A DNA stretch of 64,000 nt, from NCBI GenBank assembly GCA_035258345.1, contig DATEVU010000105.1:73366-137365 (forward strand), read 5' to 3'. Positions within the stretch are counted from its first letter, which is position 1; each line of letters opens with the position of its first letter. The translations under genes and the position numbers were made by a program. The notes beneath the pieces were generated by a model. That model saw only the letters and a program-made list of their open reading frames with translations. It was not told the DNA's origin and did no database searches. Shown here piece after piece: positions 17,746-27,951 of the stretch. The DNA is from Bacteroidales bacterium. Lineage in GTDB: Bacteria > Bacteroidota > Bacteroidia > Bacteroidales > UBA10428.

Positions 17746-18594
17746 ATGAATGAAAAAGTAAATACCGCACGCTTATCCATCCTATCCAACTGTGGACTAA
17801 TCATCTTGAAAGTGCTGGCCGGACTGTTCAGCGGGTCAGTTAGCATAATATCCGAAGCTATCCATTCGGGAATGGATCTGCTGGCGTCAGTCATCGCTTT
17901 TTTTTCGGTGAAAATGTCGGATATCCCTCCGGATAAGGAACACCCGTATGGTCATGGTAAATTTGAAAATGTATCGGGTGTGGTAGAGGCGGTGCTTATA
18001 TTTGTTGCAGCAGGATGGATAATTTTTGAAGCCATTCATAAGATCATTTCTCCAGCAGAAGTCACTAACCTTGAAATCGGAGTTGCTGTAATGGCTGTTT
18101 CAGCAGTCGTAAATTTCCTGGTATCCCGCAAGCTTTACAAGGTGGCAAAGAAAACCGATTCTATTGCCCTTGAGGCCGACGCACTGCATCTTAAAACCGA
18201 TATATATACTTCGGCCGGGGTTGCTGCTGGGTTGCTGCTGATATGGCTTACCGGCTGGCATTTCCTCGACCCCTTTGTTGCTATTTTGGTTGCTCTGCTG
18301 ATCATTAAGGAATCCTACAACCTACTCCGGAGAGCTTATTCGCCATTGCTTGACGCCTCACTGTCCCAGGATGAAACGTTACTGATCAGCGAAGTAATGC
18401 TTAAACGGGGACTATCATACCACAACCTGAGGACCCGTAAATCGGGACAATACCGGTTTGCCGACCTTCACCTCGAAATGAAGGAAAACATGACTTTAAA
18501 GGAGGTACATGATATATGTGACGAAATTGAGAACGAGATCAAGAACAGGATCAGACATATCGAAATTCAGATCCATGTTGAACCTGTTAAGTAA
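17746..18594 (+). CDS. Cation diffusion facilitator family transporter
   Basis: MNEKVNTARLSILSNCGLIILK...IHSGMDLLAS...ALHLKTDIYTSAG... plus a C-terminal cytoplasmic domain. The track start 17647 lies inside the permease gene; the ATG at 17746 is preferred. Confidence 0.8.
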   Translation: MNEKVNTARLSILSNCGLIILKVLAGLFSGSVSIISEAIHSGMDLLASVIAFFSVKMSDIPPDKEHPYGHGKFENVSGVVEAVLIFVAAGWIIFEAIHKIISPAEVTNLEIGVAVMAVSAVVNFLVSRKLYKVAKKTDSIALEADALHLKTDIYTSAGVAAGLLLIWLTGWHFLDPFVAILVALLIIKESYNLLRRAYSPLLDASLSQDETLLISEVMLKRGLSYHNLRTRKSGQYRFADLHLEMKENMTLKEVHDICDEIENEIKNRIRHIEIQIHVEPVK

Positions 18595-18714
18595 AATAGA
18601 TTTCATAAATTGCACCCGTTTTAAGACAATCGGAGCATTATTTATTTTTTTATTTATAAACTATCCGGAAATAAACTTGTTGTGCAATTTGCCGGGAATT
18701 GAATTTCAAACCAT

Positions 18715-18978
18715 ATGGAAAATTTAATAAAACAGCTGAAACAAGATATTATTGAAGCTTTATCGCTGGAGGATGTTGTGGCCGATGATTTTAATGCTGA
18801 CACCCCATTGTTTGTCGAAGGTCTCGGACTGGATTCCATTGACGCACTTGAACTTATCCTGCTTATGGAACGCAAGTACGGGGTGAAGATCGAGGATCCC
18901 AAGGAAAGACGTAATGTTCTGCGTAACGTAAAGGCAATGGCTGAATGTATTACCAATCACCGAAACAGTAACGGGTGA
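18715..18978 (+). CDS. Acyl carrier protein (ACP-1)
   Basis: 87 aa; phosphopantetheine site LGLDSIDALE. Confidence 0.85.
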   Translation: MENLIKQLKQDIIEALSLEDVVADDFNADTPLFVEGLGLDSIDALELILLMERKYGVKIEDPKERRNVLRNVKAMAECITNHRNSNG

Positions 18979-20165
18979 TGCACACCAGGGTTTTTGTCAC
19001 CGGTGTGGGCATTATTTCGGCAATAGGCAATGGTACCGAAGAAACCCTTTCTTCATTAAATGGTCTCAGATCGGGCATAGGTCAGCTTTCTCTTTTTGAA
19101 TCAGTTCATGGCAACATTCCGGTTGCAGAGGTTAAATACAACAACATCCAACTTTCCGGTATGGCAGGTGTGGACCCAACCATCGATACTTATACCCGGA
19201 ACACCCTGCTGGCTTTAGTTGCCGCACAGCAGGCCGTTAAGTCTGCGGGCTGGCATGGTTCAACATCTCAGCGGAATGGCTGTATCATGGCTACAACAGT
19301 GGGAGGTATGGACTATAACGAACGCTATTACAAGTCCCTGCTGGAAGGAAAATACCGTGATCTTTTATCGGTGCTTGACAGTGCCGACAGTACCGAGAAA
19401 GTGGCAGCACATTTCGGCATCCGACATCATGTAACCACCATTTCAACAGCCTGTTCATCCTCAGCCAATGCAATCATGCTGGGAGCACGGCTGATCCGCA
19501 ATAACCGTCTTTCCAGGGTGCTGGTGGGCGGTACCGATTCCCTCACCAAATTCACACTCAACGGATTTTATGCATTGGAAATTCTTTCGCCAACCGGCTG
19601 TCGCCCTTTCGACAGCAACCGTAACGGGCTTACTATTGGTGAAGGCGCAGCCATGCTGGTGCTCGAATCGGAAGAAACGGCCGATCCGCGCAGGGTCCTT
19701 TGCGAAATCACCGGTTATGCCAATGTGAACGAAGCTTTTCACCAGACCGCTTCCTCTTCGGATGGTACCGGTGCATTGCTGGCGATGACAAAGGCATTGG
19801 AAAAAGCATCAATAACACCGGAAGATATTGGGTATATCAATGCCCATGGTACCGGCACCGAGATCAACGACCTTTCGGAAGGCAGGGCGATTGACAGCCT
19901 GTTCGGCAGTAGGGTTCCACCTATTAGTTCCACAAAAGGATTCACAGGTCATACCCTGGGAGCAGCAGGTGCTGTAGAAGGGGTAATTTCCGTGTTGGCA
20001 TTAAAAAATCAGGTAGCCTGGCCCGGGCTTAACCAGTCGGAATCCATGCCGGAATTGTCGTTTACCCCCCTTTCAACGGTAACTCCCGGTCCAATCAGGC
20101 ATGTGTTGTCAAATTCATTTGGTTTCGGAGGGAATAATACCTCCCTGATATTTTCAAACCTGTAA
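18978..20165 (+). CDS. Beta-ketoacyl synthase (KS-1, catalytic)
   Basis: Cys-His-His contexts TISTACSSSANAI, NAHGTGTEIND, GHTLGAAGAVE. The ATG at 18978 shares one base with the ACP stop (TGATG). Confidence 0.88.
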   Translation: MHTRVFVTGVGIISAIGNGTEETLSSLNGLRSGIGQLSLFESVHGNIPVAEVKYNNIQLSGMAGVDPTIDTYTRNTLLALVAAQQAVKSAGWHGSTSQRNGCIMATTVGGMDYNERYYKSLLEGKYRDLLSVLDSADSTEKVAAHFGIRHHVTTISTACSSSANAIMLGARLIRNNRLSRVLVGGTDSLTKFTLNGFYALEILSPTGCRPFDSNRNGLTIGEGAAMLVLESEETADPRRVLCEITGYANVNEAFHQTASSSDGTGALLAMTKALEKASITPEDIGYINAHGTGTEINDLSEGRAIDSLFGSRVPPISSTKGFTGHTLGAAGAVEGVISVLALKNQVAWPGLNQSESMPELSFTPLSTVTPGPIRHVLSNSFGFGGNNTSLIFSNL

Positions 20166-20166
20166 T

Positions 20167-21243
20167 ATGAAAGCCTACATCACATCCTCCGGTGTAATAT
20201 CGCCACAAAATACGCACGATTCCAGTGGATTTCCTGCAGCGGTCAATACTTTCACTGCAAACCGGCTTACATGCACTGAACCCGATTATCGCGGGCTTAT
20301 CAATCCAATTCAGCTGCGCAGGATGCCACGGATCATTAAGATGGGACTGGCTGCTTCTCACCTTTGTATTCAGCGTGCCGGCGGGAGTAGTCCCGATGCG
20401 ATTATCATCGGAACCGGACTGGGCTGCATGGATAATCTGGAAAAATTCCTGGTTGAAGTAATTGACACCAACGAACACATAACCAGTGTTCTGCCCTTTA
20501 TTAACTCAACCCACAATGCTGTTGCGGCACAGGTGGCCATGCTGCTGAATAATCATGGTTATAATGTTACCTATTGTCACCGCGGATTCTCTTTTGAAAG
20601 TGCCCTGGGAGATGCCCTGATGCGTATCGGAGAAGGAGAGGCTCAAAATGTTCTGGTAGGCGGTATCGATGAATGTACCGGGGATTTTGTAAAACTGAAC
20701 GGGTATCATGGAGCCTGGAAGCAGCCATTGATAAACCTGGAACTGGCTTCAACGAAAACCGCCGGAACAATAGCCGGGGAGGGTTCGGCATTTTTCATGC
20801 TTTCGGACAACCCCATTCATGACAACTGCATTGCGGTGGAGGGTGTTCATACATTTTTTATTCCACAGGGTGCACAGTTTGATGAAATTGCAGCGGAAAC
20901 AGACAATTTTCTGCAGCAGAACAATACGGGAAGGGATGAAATTGATATTGTTTTACTTGGCATAAACGGTGACATAGTATCCGATGCCGGGTACAACAAC
21001 ATGATGGAAAACTTTTTCATTCCCGGTACCGGTTTTGCCATGTATAAACACCTCTGTGGTGAATACTATACTTCTTCCTCATTTGCCCTTTGGCTTGGAT
21101 CGGTAATACTTGAAAATCAATCCATTCCTGGCGTTACGCAGGTATTGCCTGCTGCCGGCAGGTCCTTTAAAAAGCTTCTGATTTACAATCATTACCGGAA
21201 TACCGAACATACTTTAATTTTACTGGGTTATGGCGGGATTTGA
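20167..21243 (+). CDS. KS-like chain-length-factor-type partner (CLF-1, no active-site Cys context)
   Basis: 358 aa thiolase-fold-like. It has INSTHNAVAAQVAM where KS-1 has TACSSSANAI. Starts 1 nt after the KS-1 stop. Confidence 0.7.
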   Translation: MKAYITSSGVISPQNTHDSSGFPAAVNTFTANRLTCTEPDYRGLINPIQLRRMPRIIKMGLAASHLCIQRAGGSSPDAIIIGTGLGCMDNLEKFLVEVIDTNEHITSVLPFINSTHNAVAAQVAMLLNNHGYNVTYCHRGFSFESALGDALMRIGEGEAQNVLVGGIDECTGDFVKLNGYHGAWKQPLINLELASTKTAGTIAGEGSAFFMLSDNPIHDNCIAVEGVHTFFIPQGAQFDEIAAETDNFLQQNNTGRDEIDIVLLGINGDIVSDAGYNNMMENFFIPGTGFAMYKHLCGEYYTSSSFALWLGSVILENQSIPGVTQVLPAAGRSFKKLLIYNHYRNTEHTLILLGYGGI

Positions 21244-22720
21244 CGCAGTAATAATCGGTGGTGGACTGGGAGGATTGCTTTCCGGTAATATCCTGAGCAA
21301 GGAAGGTTTTAACGTATGCTTAATTGAAAAGAATCAAAAACCGGGCGGGGCATTGCAAACCTTTGGCAGGAAAGGTTGCATCTTTAATACGGGGCTTAAC
21401 TACACCGAGAGTCTTGACGAAGGCCAGATACTGAACCGGTATTTCAGGTATTTTGGTTTGATGGATAAACCAATCTTTCGCCGGCTGGATGCAGATGGTT
21501 TCGAAATTATCAATTTTCCTGACGGCCAGTACCCCTTTGCCATGGGACAGCAGAATTTTATAGAAACACTTACCCGCGATTTCCCGGCTGAAAAGGCAGC
21601 TCTTAAGGAATATACCCACAGGATAGAGGAAATCTGTAAAGCTATCTCGCTATATTCGCTAAGGGAAGAACAGCTCAGTATCATCGAAAACTATGATCTG
21701 AGTTCGGGGGCAGCTGATTTCATCAGGAAGGTTGTTTCAGATCCCCGCCTCCGTAACATCCTCGCAGGCAATAATCTCCTGTATTCCGGCCACGAAACCA
21801 AGACACCGTTGTTTATCCATGCCCTGATCAATCATTCCTTTATCGAAAGTGCCTGGCGAGTGACAGGCGGAAGTCACCAGCTTGTAAATGTGCTTGCATC
21901 CAATATAAAATCAAATGGCGGCACCATACTTACGGGATCAAAAGCGGTGAAACTGACAGGTGAAAAGGATACCATCCGGGGTGTGGTACTGGAAAACGGA
22001 GATTATATCGAAGGAAAACAATTCATTGCTGCCATGCATCCCGATCAGGTCCTTGGAATGGTAGAGCCCGGTATGATCCGCAAAGCTTTTGCTTCAAGGA
22101 TCAGGGGACTTGAAGACACTATGGGGATGTTTACCCTGTATCTGGTTTTCAAAAAGAATTCATTTCCGTATATAAACCATAATTTCTACAATTTTAACCA
22201 GAATAATGTTTGGGTAGCTTCGGATTACAAGGTTTCACAGTGGCCCCAGAATTATCTGTTCATGACATCGCTGGCTTCAGGCCCGGGTGGTTACGCCGAA
22301 AGCGGTTCGGTTATTACCTATATGGATTATGACGAATTGAAGCGGTGGGAGAACACCTTTACCGGTGACCGCGGGGCTGATTACCTGGAATTCAAAGATT
22401 CAAAGGCTGAGATTTTGCTTGATGCGGTGGAAAAACAATTTCCCGGGATCAGGAACACCATTGCTGCCAGGTATACTTCCACACCCCTTACATGGCGCGA
22501 TTATACCGGTACCAGGGCAGGATCGGCATATGGTATCCTTAAGGATTGTAACCGTCCGATGGAATCAATGGTTCTTCCAAGGACGAAGATATCAAACCTG
22601 TTTCTTACAGGGCAGAACACAAATGTTCACGGAATACTGGGTGTAACCATAAGTTCCGTGGTTACATGCGGAGAGCTGATTGATATTAAGTACCTGGTGA
22701 GAAGGATCAGGCAGGCTTAG
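21230..22720 (+). CDS. FAD/NAD(P)-dependent oxidoreductase, phytoene desaturase (CrtI)-like, copy 1
   Basis: 496 aa; dinucleotide fold DAVIIGGGLGGLLSGNILSKEGFNVCLIEKNQKPGG. Confidence 0.8.
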   Translation: MAGFDAVIIGGGLGGLLSGNILSKEGFNVCLIEKNQKPGGALQTFGRKGCIFNTGLNYTESLDEGQILNRYFRYFGLMDKPIFRRLDADGFEIINFPDGQYPFAMGQQNFIETLTRDFPAEKAALKEYTHRIEEICKAISLYSLREEQLSIIENYDLSSGAADFIRKVVSDPRLRNILAGNNLLYSGHETKTPLFIHALINHSFIESAWRVTGGSHQLVNVLASNIKSNGGTILTGSKAVKLTGEKDTIRGVVLENGDYIEGKQFIAAMHPDQVLGMVEPGMIRKAFASRIRGLEDTMGMFTLYLVFKKNSFPYINHNFYNFNQNNVWVASDYKVSQWPQNYLFMTSLASGPGGYAESGSVITYMDYDELKRWENTFTGDRGADYLEFKDSKAEILLDAVEKQFPGIRNTIAARYTSTPLTWRDYTGTRAGSAYGILKDCNRPMESMVLPRTKISNLFLTGQNTNVHGILGVTISSVVTCGELIDIKYLVRRIRQA

Positions 22721-22744
22721 TTTAAAAATCTAAGAAGAAAGTCC

Positions 22745-24235
22745 ATGAAGTATGATATTGCAATAATAGGGAGCGGACTTGGCGGGTTGCAGTGTGCCTA
22801 CATACTGAGCCGGGAGGGATTCAAGGTTTGTATTGTGGAAAAGAACCGTATTTTGGGAGGATGCCTGCAAACCTTTAAACGATGCAACAGTGTGTTTGAT
22901 ACCGGAATGCATTATATCGGTGGCATGGATGAAGGTCAGATGCTGCATAAATTTTTCAGGTATTTTGGCCTGACACAAAAGTTAAAGCTAAAAAGGCTTG
23001 ATGAGAACGGATACGATATTATCCGTTACCAGGATCGTGATTATAAGCTTGCCATGGGACATGAGCGGTTTCTGGAAACCATGTTACAGCAGTTTCCGGA
23101 TGAAAGGAGTGCACTGCAAAGTTATATTGCCAAATTAAAAGAAATCAACAGTTCGGTTGATATCTATAACCTGGATAATCTCCCGACAAGCAATATCCAT
23201 TACCTGAGATATTACAGCATCGGGATCGACCAATTTCTCGATTCTATCACCCAAAATCAGACACTGAAGAACGTGCTGGTGGGTATGGCTCCTCTGTATG
23301 CAGGTCTCCGGGAAAGCGCACCACTTTACGTGCATATGGTGATCCATTCGTCGTATTTGGCGGGTGCGTACCGGTTTATTGACGGTGGTTCACAGGTAAC
23401 AGATATCCTGACAGAAGGAATACGCGGATTTGGCGGTACCTTGCTGCTTAATGCAGAGGTTACCCGGGTGATTACGAAGCAAAACCGGGTAACTTCCATG
23501 GAGATCAACGGCTCTGAAGTTATCGAAGCTGACCAGTTTATTGCCGGAATCCATCCCAAGACCCTGATGAAGCTTATGGATGCACATTCGTTCAGACCGG
23601 CATATGTCAACCGGATTAACAGCATTAAGGAATCCTATGGCATGTTTTCGATTTACCTTGTCATGAAAGAGGATGCATTCCGGTATATTAACAGCAATTA
23701 TTACTGTTACCATGCCAAAGACCTTTGGAAAACGTACAACTATACACAGGACTCCTGGCCGGGAGGATACATGATCCATTTCTCACCTGTTTCCAAAAGT
23801 GCCACAAGCACCAATGCCATAATTGTTAATACCATCATGAGATGGGAGGAAATGCTTCCCTGGGTGAACACCCGCGTGGAAAACCGGGGTGAGGAATACC
23901 GGGCATTCAAACAAAAAAAAGGTGAGAAAATATTAGCTTTGCTGGAGAAGGATTTCCCGGGAATCGGTAAATCGATCAAATTCTGGTACAGCTCAACGCC
24001 GCTTACCTACCGCGATTACACCGGAACCTGGGAAGGCTCGGTATATGGTATGCAAAAGGATTTTAACAACCCGATGAGGACAATTATTGTGCCCAGAACA
24101 CACGTGAAAAACCTGTGGCTTACCGGACAAAATGTTAGTATGCATGGTGTGGAAGGAGTATCCATAGGATCATTTCTCACTTGTTCTGAATTGCTTGGAA
24201 AACAGTATTTAATTGATAAATTCCGAAATGCCTGA
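22745..24235 (+). CDS. FAD/NAD(P)-dependent oxidoreductase, CrtI-like, copy 2 (paralog of 21230-22720)
   Basis: 496 aa; DIAIIGSGLGGLQCAYILSREGFKVCIVEKNRILGG. Collinear similarity to copy 1 along the whole length. Confidence 0.8.
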   Translation: MKYDIAIIGSGLGGLQCAYILSREGFKVCIVEKNRILGGCLQTFKRCNSVFDTGMHYIGGMDEGQMLHKFFRYFGLTQKLKLKRLDENGYDIIRYQDRDYKLAMGHERFLETMLQQFPDERSALQSYIAKLKEINSSVDIYNLDNLPTSNIHYLRYYSIGIDQFLDSITQNQTLKNVLVGMAPLYAGLRESAPLYVHMVIHSSYLAGAYRFIDGGSQVTDILTEGIRGFGGTLLLNAEVTRVITKQNRVTSMEINGSEVIEADQFIAGIHPKTLMKLMDAHSFRPAYVNRINSIKESYGMFSIYLVMKEDAFRYINSNYYCYHAKDLWKTYNYTQDSWPGGYMIHFSPVSKSATSTNAIIVNTIMRWEEMLPWVNTRVENRGEEYRAFKQKKGEKILALLEKDFPGIGKSIKFWYSSTPLTYRDYTGTWEGSVYGMQKDFNNPMRTIIVPRTHVKNLWLTGQNVSMHGVEGVSIGSFLTCSELLGKQYLIDKFRNA

Positions 24236-25946
24236 AAAATCCCGGTCCGTTATCCGCAAGGTACTGCTCTGGCTGATACCTGGCATTCCGGCACTGATGC
24301 TGGCAACCGTCATTTACTTTGTCATTATTGCCGTTGATCACCCCCCCGTAGTTAATGACTATTCTTCCCTTGAAAAAGAGATTGTCTCCTATGGCGAAAA
24401 TACCACTGTGTATGGCACCAACTGGTTGCGCAAAAGTGAAAGTGGCTTGTGGGAATTATATCTCGAAGGGAAACCATTTGACCGTGGTGTTGCTTTCGGC
24501 CGATTAACCCAGGACCTCTTGTATTACCAGGAAACTTCGTTTGTTGAGCAGATCCGTGAACTTGTCCCCTCCGACCGGTATCTGAAATTGCTGAAATATT
24601 TCGTCGCTTTTTTCAACCGCAAACTTGACCAGCATATTCCGGATGAGTATAAACATGAGATTTATGGTACCTCATTTTCCTGCAGTCCCGAATACGATTT
24701 TATCGGTTCGGGTTACCAGCGCCAGCTGAACTATCACGCTGCCCATGATATCGGACATGCCCTGCAGGGTTTGAACCTGGTAGGATGCACGTCTTTTTCG
24801 GTATGGGATGGCAGTTCATCTGATTCGTCTCTGCTGGTGGGCAGGAATTTTGATTTTTATATGGGGGAGAAGTTTGCAGAAAATAAAATAGTTTGTTTTG
24901 TTAATCCATCCGAAGGATACAAGTTCATGATGGTCACATGGGCGGATATGATCGGCGTGGTTTCGGGTATGAACGAAAAGGGACTCACGGTTACCCTGAA
25001 TGCAGCCAAATCAAGCATTCCGGGCAAGGCCGCCACACCGGTGACATTGCTGGCGAGGGAAATTCTGCAGTATGCTTCAACCATTCAGGAAGCCTACGGT
25101 ATTTCAAAAAAACGAAAGCTTTTTGTTTCCGAATCCATCATGATCGGTTCAGCACGTGATGGCAAAACAGCTATTATTGAAAAATCTCCCCACACCTATG
25201 ATCTGGTGTTTCCCGAAACCGACAGGATCATCTGCTCCAACCATTTCCAGGGCAATACTTTTTCCGATGATGAGATAAACCTTAGGAATATCAACGGATC
25301 CGACAGCTATTTAAGGTACAGGCGTGTAAATGAATTACTGCTGTTCAATGAAACACTGGATGTAAAAAGAGCTGTAAACGTGCTTCGCGACCTGCGGGGA
25401 TTTGGTGATACCGACCTGGGACTGGGCAATCAGCGTGCCATAAACCAGCTTATTGCGCACCACGCAGTGGTATTCAAACCTGAAAGCCTTGAAGCATGGG
25501 TTTCAACTTCTCCGTGGCAACTTGGGAAATTTGTGGCGTATGACCTTAAAAAGGTTTTTGAACTTGCGGTTACCGACATCGCCCGAAATAGTGAAATTTA
25601 CTCCGGTGAACTTACTATTCCCGCCGATACTTTCCTGGTTTCCCAGGCATATAACAATTTTTTGAAATACAGGAGGTTAAGTAATCATCTCAGGTATTTT
25701 ACCGAAAACCTTTTGCCATTACCTGAAGGCTTTGCCGACAGGTACATCATGTCAAATCCTGCTTTGTTCCAGACTTATGTCAATCTCGGTGAATACTACC
25801 GGGAAATAAAGGATTTGCATAAGGCATATGAAATCTATCAAAGGGCATTAACCTGCAGGTTGCCGGGACTGGATAAAGAAACCGAGCTTAAAAAGATAAC
25901 CAAGAAACTTCTGAAGGAGCAAAATTATGCCAATACCGGAAATTGA
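24228..25946 (+). CDS. Peptidase C45 / acyl-CoA:6-aminopenicillanic acid acyltransferase-like Ntn protein with N-terminal TM and C-terminal TPR
   Basis: TM LLWLIPGIPALMLATVIYFVIIAV; Ntn-type Gly-Cys site (LVGCTSFSVW...LLVGRNFDF); TPR-like tail (YVNLGEYYREIKDLHKAYEIYQRAL). The ATG at 24228 is preferred over the TTG at 24213. Confidence 0.6.
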   Translation: MPEKSRSVIRKVLLWLIPGIPALMLATVIYFVIIAVDHPPVVNDYSSLEKEIVSYGENTTVYGTNWLRKSESGLWELYLEGKPFDRGVAFGRLTQDLLYYQETSFVEQIRELVPSDRYLKLLKYFVAFFNRKLDQHIPDEYKHEIYGTSFSCSPEYDFIGSGYQRQLNYHAAHDIGHALQGLNLVGCTSFSVWDGSSSDSSLLVGRNFDFYMGEKFAENKIVCFVNPSEGYKFMMVTWADMIGVVSGMNEKGLTVTLNAAKSSIPGKAATPVTLLAREILQYASTIQEAYGISKKRKLFVSESIMIGSARDGKTAIIEKSPHTYDLVFPETDRIICSNHFQGNTFSDDEINLRNINGSDSYLRYRRVNELLLFNETLDVKRAVNVLRDLRGFGDTDLGLGNQRAINQLIAHHAVVFKPESLEAWVSTSPWQLGKFVAYDLKKVFELAVTDIARNSEIYSGELTIPADTFLVSQAYNNFLKYRRLSNHLRYFTENLLPLPEGFADRYIMSNPALFQTYVNLGEYYREIKDLHKAYEIYQRALTCRLPGLDKETELKKITKKLLKEQNYANTGN

Positions 25947-27222
25947 AAAAAGAAGCCTGGAGGAAATCAAACTGTTTCAGGAAACGGAATTGAAAAAGCT
26001 CCTGGAATACCTGCAACAGCGATCTGTTTATTATTCAAACCTGTTCAAAAAGCATAAGATAGATATTGCCAGGATAAGATCCCTGGAAGATCTGAGCCTG
26101 CTGGTGCCTCCCACCACCAAAGAGGACCTTCAGCTACACGGTCAGGATTTTGTTTGCGTCGACAAAAGCATGATCGTTGATTATATAACCACTTCTGGTA
26201 CCCTCGGGGAACCGGTTATATTTGCAATGACCGATAATGACCTCAACCGGCTTGCTTATAATGAGTACCTGGGATTCAGGTGTGCCAACTGCACCAGCCA
26301 GGAGGTATTTCAGCTCATGACCACCATTGACCGCAGGTTTATGGCTGGCCTGGCTTATTTTCTCGGATCGCGCATGCTGAAATCGGCCATGATACGAGTT
26401 GGGAATGGGATACCGGAACTTCAATGGGACTCCATAAAACGGTTTTCTCCTTCCGCACTGGTTGCAGTACCTTCTTTCCTGCTTAACATCGTTGATTATG
26501 CCGAACGAAATGACATCGATCACCATGCTTCGAGCGTGAAAAAGGTTATCTGTATCGGTGATTCAATTCGGAACACCGATTTCAGTCCCAATACACTCGG
26601 TAAAAAAATCAGCGACAGGTGGCCGGAATTGAAACTTTATTCCACCTATGCTTCCACCGAAATGTCAACCTCATTCACCGAGTGTGAACAGGGCAGGGGA
26701 GGACATCACCATCCCGAGCTTCTGATCGTGGAGTTTCTGGATGAACACGACCGGCCTGTACATCCGGGTGAGCCGGGTGAGGTTACCGTCACAACCCTGG
26801 GTGTTGAAGGGATGCCCCTGCTGCGATTTAAAACCGGTGATTTGTGTACGGCACACTATGAACCTTGTGCGTGCGGGCGAAATTCAATGCGTCTTGGTCC
26901 TGTTATCGGCCGGAAAAGGCAAATGATCAAATATAAGGGCACTACACTTTATCCGCCTGCATTGTACGATATCCTCGATAATATTGATGAAATCAGAAAT
27001 TATATTGTGGAAGTGTACACAAACCAGATCGGAACTGATGAAATCCTGATCCGGGTTGGCACCGAAAATCATTCTGAAAGTTTTGAGAAAAGCATTAAGG
27101 ACCACTTCAGGGCAAAACTTCGTGTAGCTCCTTCAATTTCCTTCGAATCGGTGGATTATATCAGCCGCCTGCAGCATCCTGCCATGAGCAGGAAGCCTGT
27201 GAAGCTGATTGACAGAAGGTAA
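25927..27222 (+). CDS. Phenylacetate-CoA ligase / coenzyme F390 synthetase-like adenylating enzyme
   Basis: 431 aa; adenylation motifs TTSGTLGEP and YASTEMS. 20-nt overlap with the C45 gene. Confidence 0.75.
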   Translation: MPIPEIEKRSLEEIKLFQETELKKLLEYLQQRSVYYSNLFKKHKIDIARIRSLEDLSLLVPPTTKEDLQLHGQDFVCVDKSMIVDYITTSGTLGEPVIFAMTDNDLNRLAYNEYLGFRCANCTSQEVFQLMTTIDRRFMAGLAYFLGSRMLKSAMIRVGNGIPELQWDSIKRFSPSALVAVPSFLLNIVDYAERNDIDHHASSVKKVICIGDSIRNTDFSPNTLGKKISDRWPELKLYSTYASTEMSTSFTECEQGRGGHHHPELLIVEFLDEHDRPVHPGEPGEVTVTTLGVEGMPLLRFKTGDLCTAHYEPCACGRNSMRLGPVIGRKRQMIKYKGTTLYPPALYDILDNIDEIRNYIVEVYTNQIGTDEILIRVGTENHSESFEKSIKDHFRAKLRVAPSISFESVDYISRLQHPAMSRKPVKLIDRR

Positions 27223-27361
27223 TCGATAATTGGTAAAGGATTTATACTATTAACTATCATCTGTCATTTAATAACTTTTTACTAAATTAGTATCACCCAT
27301 TAACAAAAACTTTATTACTATGAAAACATGGACCTGTTAAATTCACTAAATCCTGACTAAA

Positions 27362-27730
27362 ATGAAACGATTCACAGTAACCCTGATCGCCCTTTTTTGC
27401 CTATTCCTGACAGGCGTTTGGGCCAATAAAACCAGTGTGGAGATCAAAGCACCCGTTGAGGTAAAGGCTGGGGACGAAGTGACTATTATCCTCAATGTTT
27501 CCCATAACGGGAACAGTAAATCCCACCACACCGACTGGGTATATTTAAAAATCAATGGAAAAGAGGTGCAAAGGTGGAAATATGATAAGACATCGCTGCC
27601 ACCCGATGGTAATTTTTCGGTAGAATTTAAGACGGTTGCAACCGGGGCCATGGTAATTGAGGCCCAGGGAGATTGCAATATCCACGGCAGTAAAGGCGTA
27701 AAAAGCCTGAATATCAAAATTATAAATTAA
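27362..27730 (+). CDS. Secreted desulfoferrodoxin/neelaredoxin (superoxide reductase)-like domain protein
   Basis: Signal peptide MKRFTVTLIALFCLFLTGVWA. VSHNGNSKSHHTDWVYL aligns with the SOR H-x5-HH-I-x-[YW]-I motif, and DCNIHG matches the SOR C-N-[IL]-H-G motif. The His of the EKHVP motif is absent (EIKAPV). Confidence 0.6.
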   Translation: MKRFTVTLIALFCLFLTGVWANKTSVEIKAPVEVKAGDEVTIILNVSHNGNSKSHHTDWVYLKINGKEVQRWKYDKTSLPPDGNFSVEFKTVATGAMVIEAQGDCNIHGSKGVKSLNIKIIN

Positions 27731-27741
27731 TAGTCAATACC

Positions 27742-27912
27742 ATGTATTCACTGATACTTCCTCTGGGAATAATTAACATACTCCTGGTTTCGATTCAGAT
27801 CTTCAGCGGGCTCAGAATAATCAAGATATCTTTTAAGGCGCATAAATATTTTGGAATTGCACTGGGCTTTTTTGCGTTGCTGCATGGTGCCATTGCTATA
27901 ATTTTTGCGTGA
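27742..27912 (+). CDS. Unlisted 56-aa two-TM protein with two His (possible mini b-type haem-binding partner)
   Basis: Own translation: MYSLILPLGIINILLVSIQIFSGLRIIKISFKAHKYFGIALGFFALLHGAIAIIFA*. It starts 11 nt after the SOR-like stop and is followed by a terminator hairpin. It falls below the 60-aa cut-off of the ORF track. Confidence 0.5.
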   Translation: MYSLILPLGIINILLVSIQIFSGLRIIKISFKAHKYFGIALGFFALLHGAIAIIFA

Positions 27913-27951
27913 AGGCTGCTTGTCCCGATGCATTGTATTAGCTATATTAGC

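Noticed and set aside
17746-18594. CDF transporter as a functional part of the pigment pathway
   Set aside because: There is no known metal requirement linking it to the pathway. It may simply be a passenger gene in the operon. It is mentioned in the cluster finding only.
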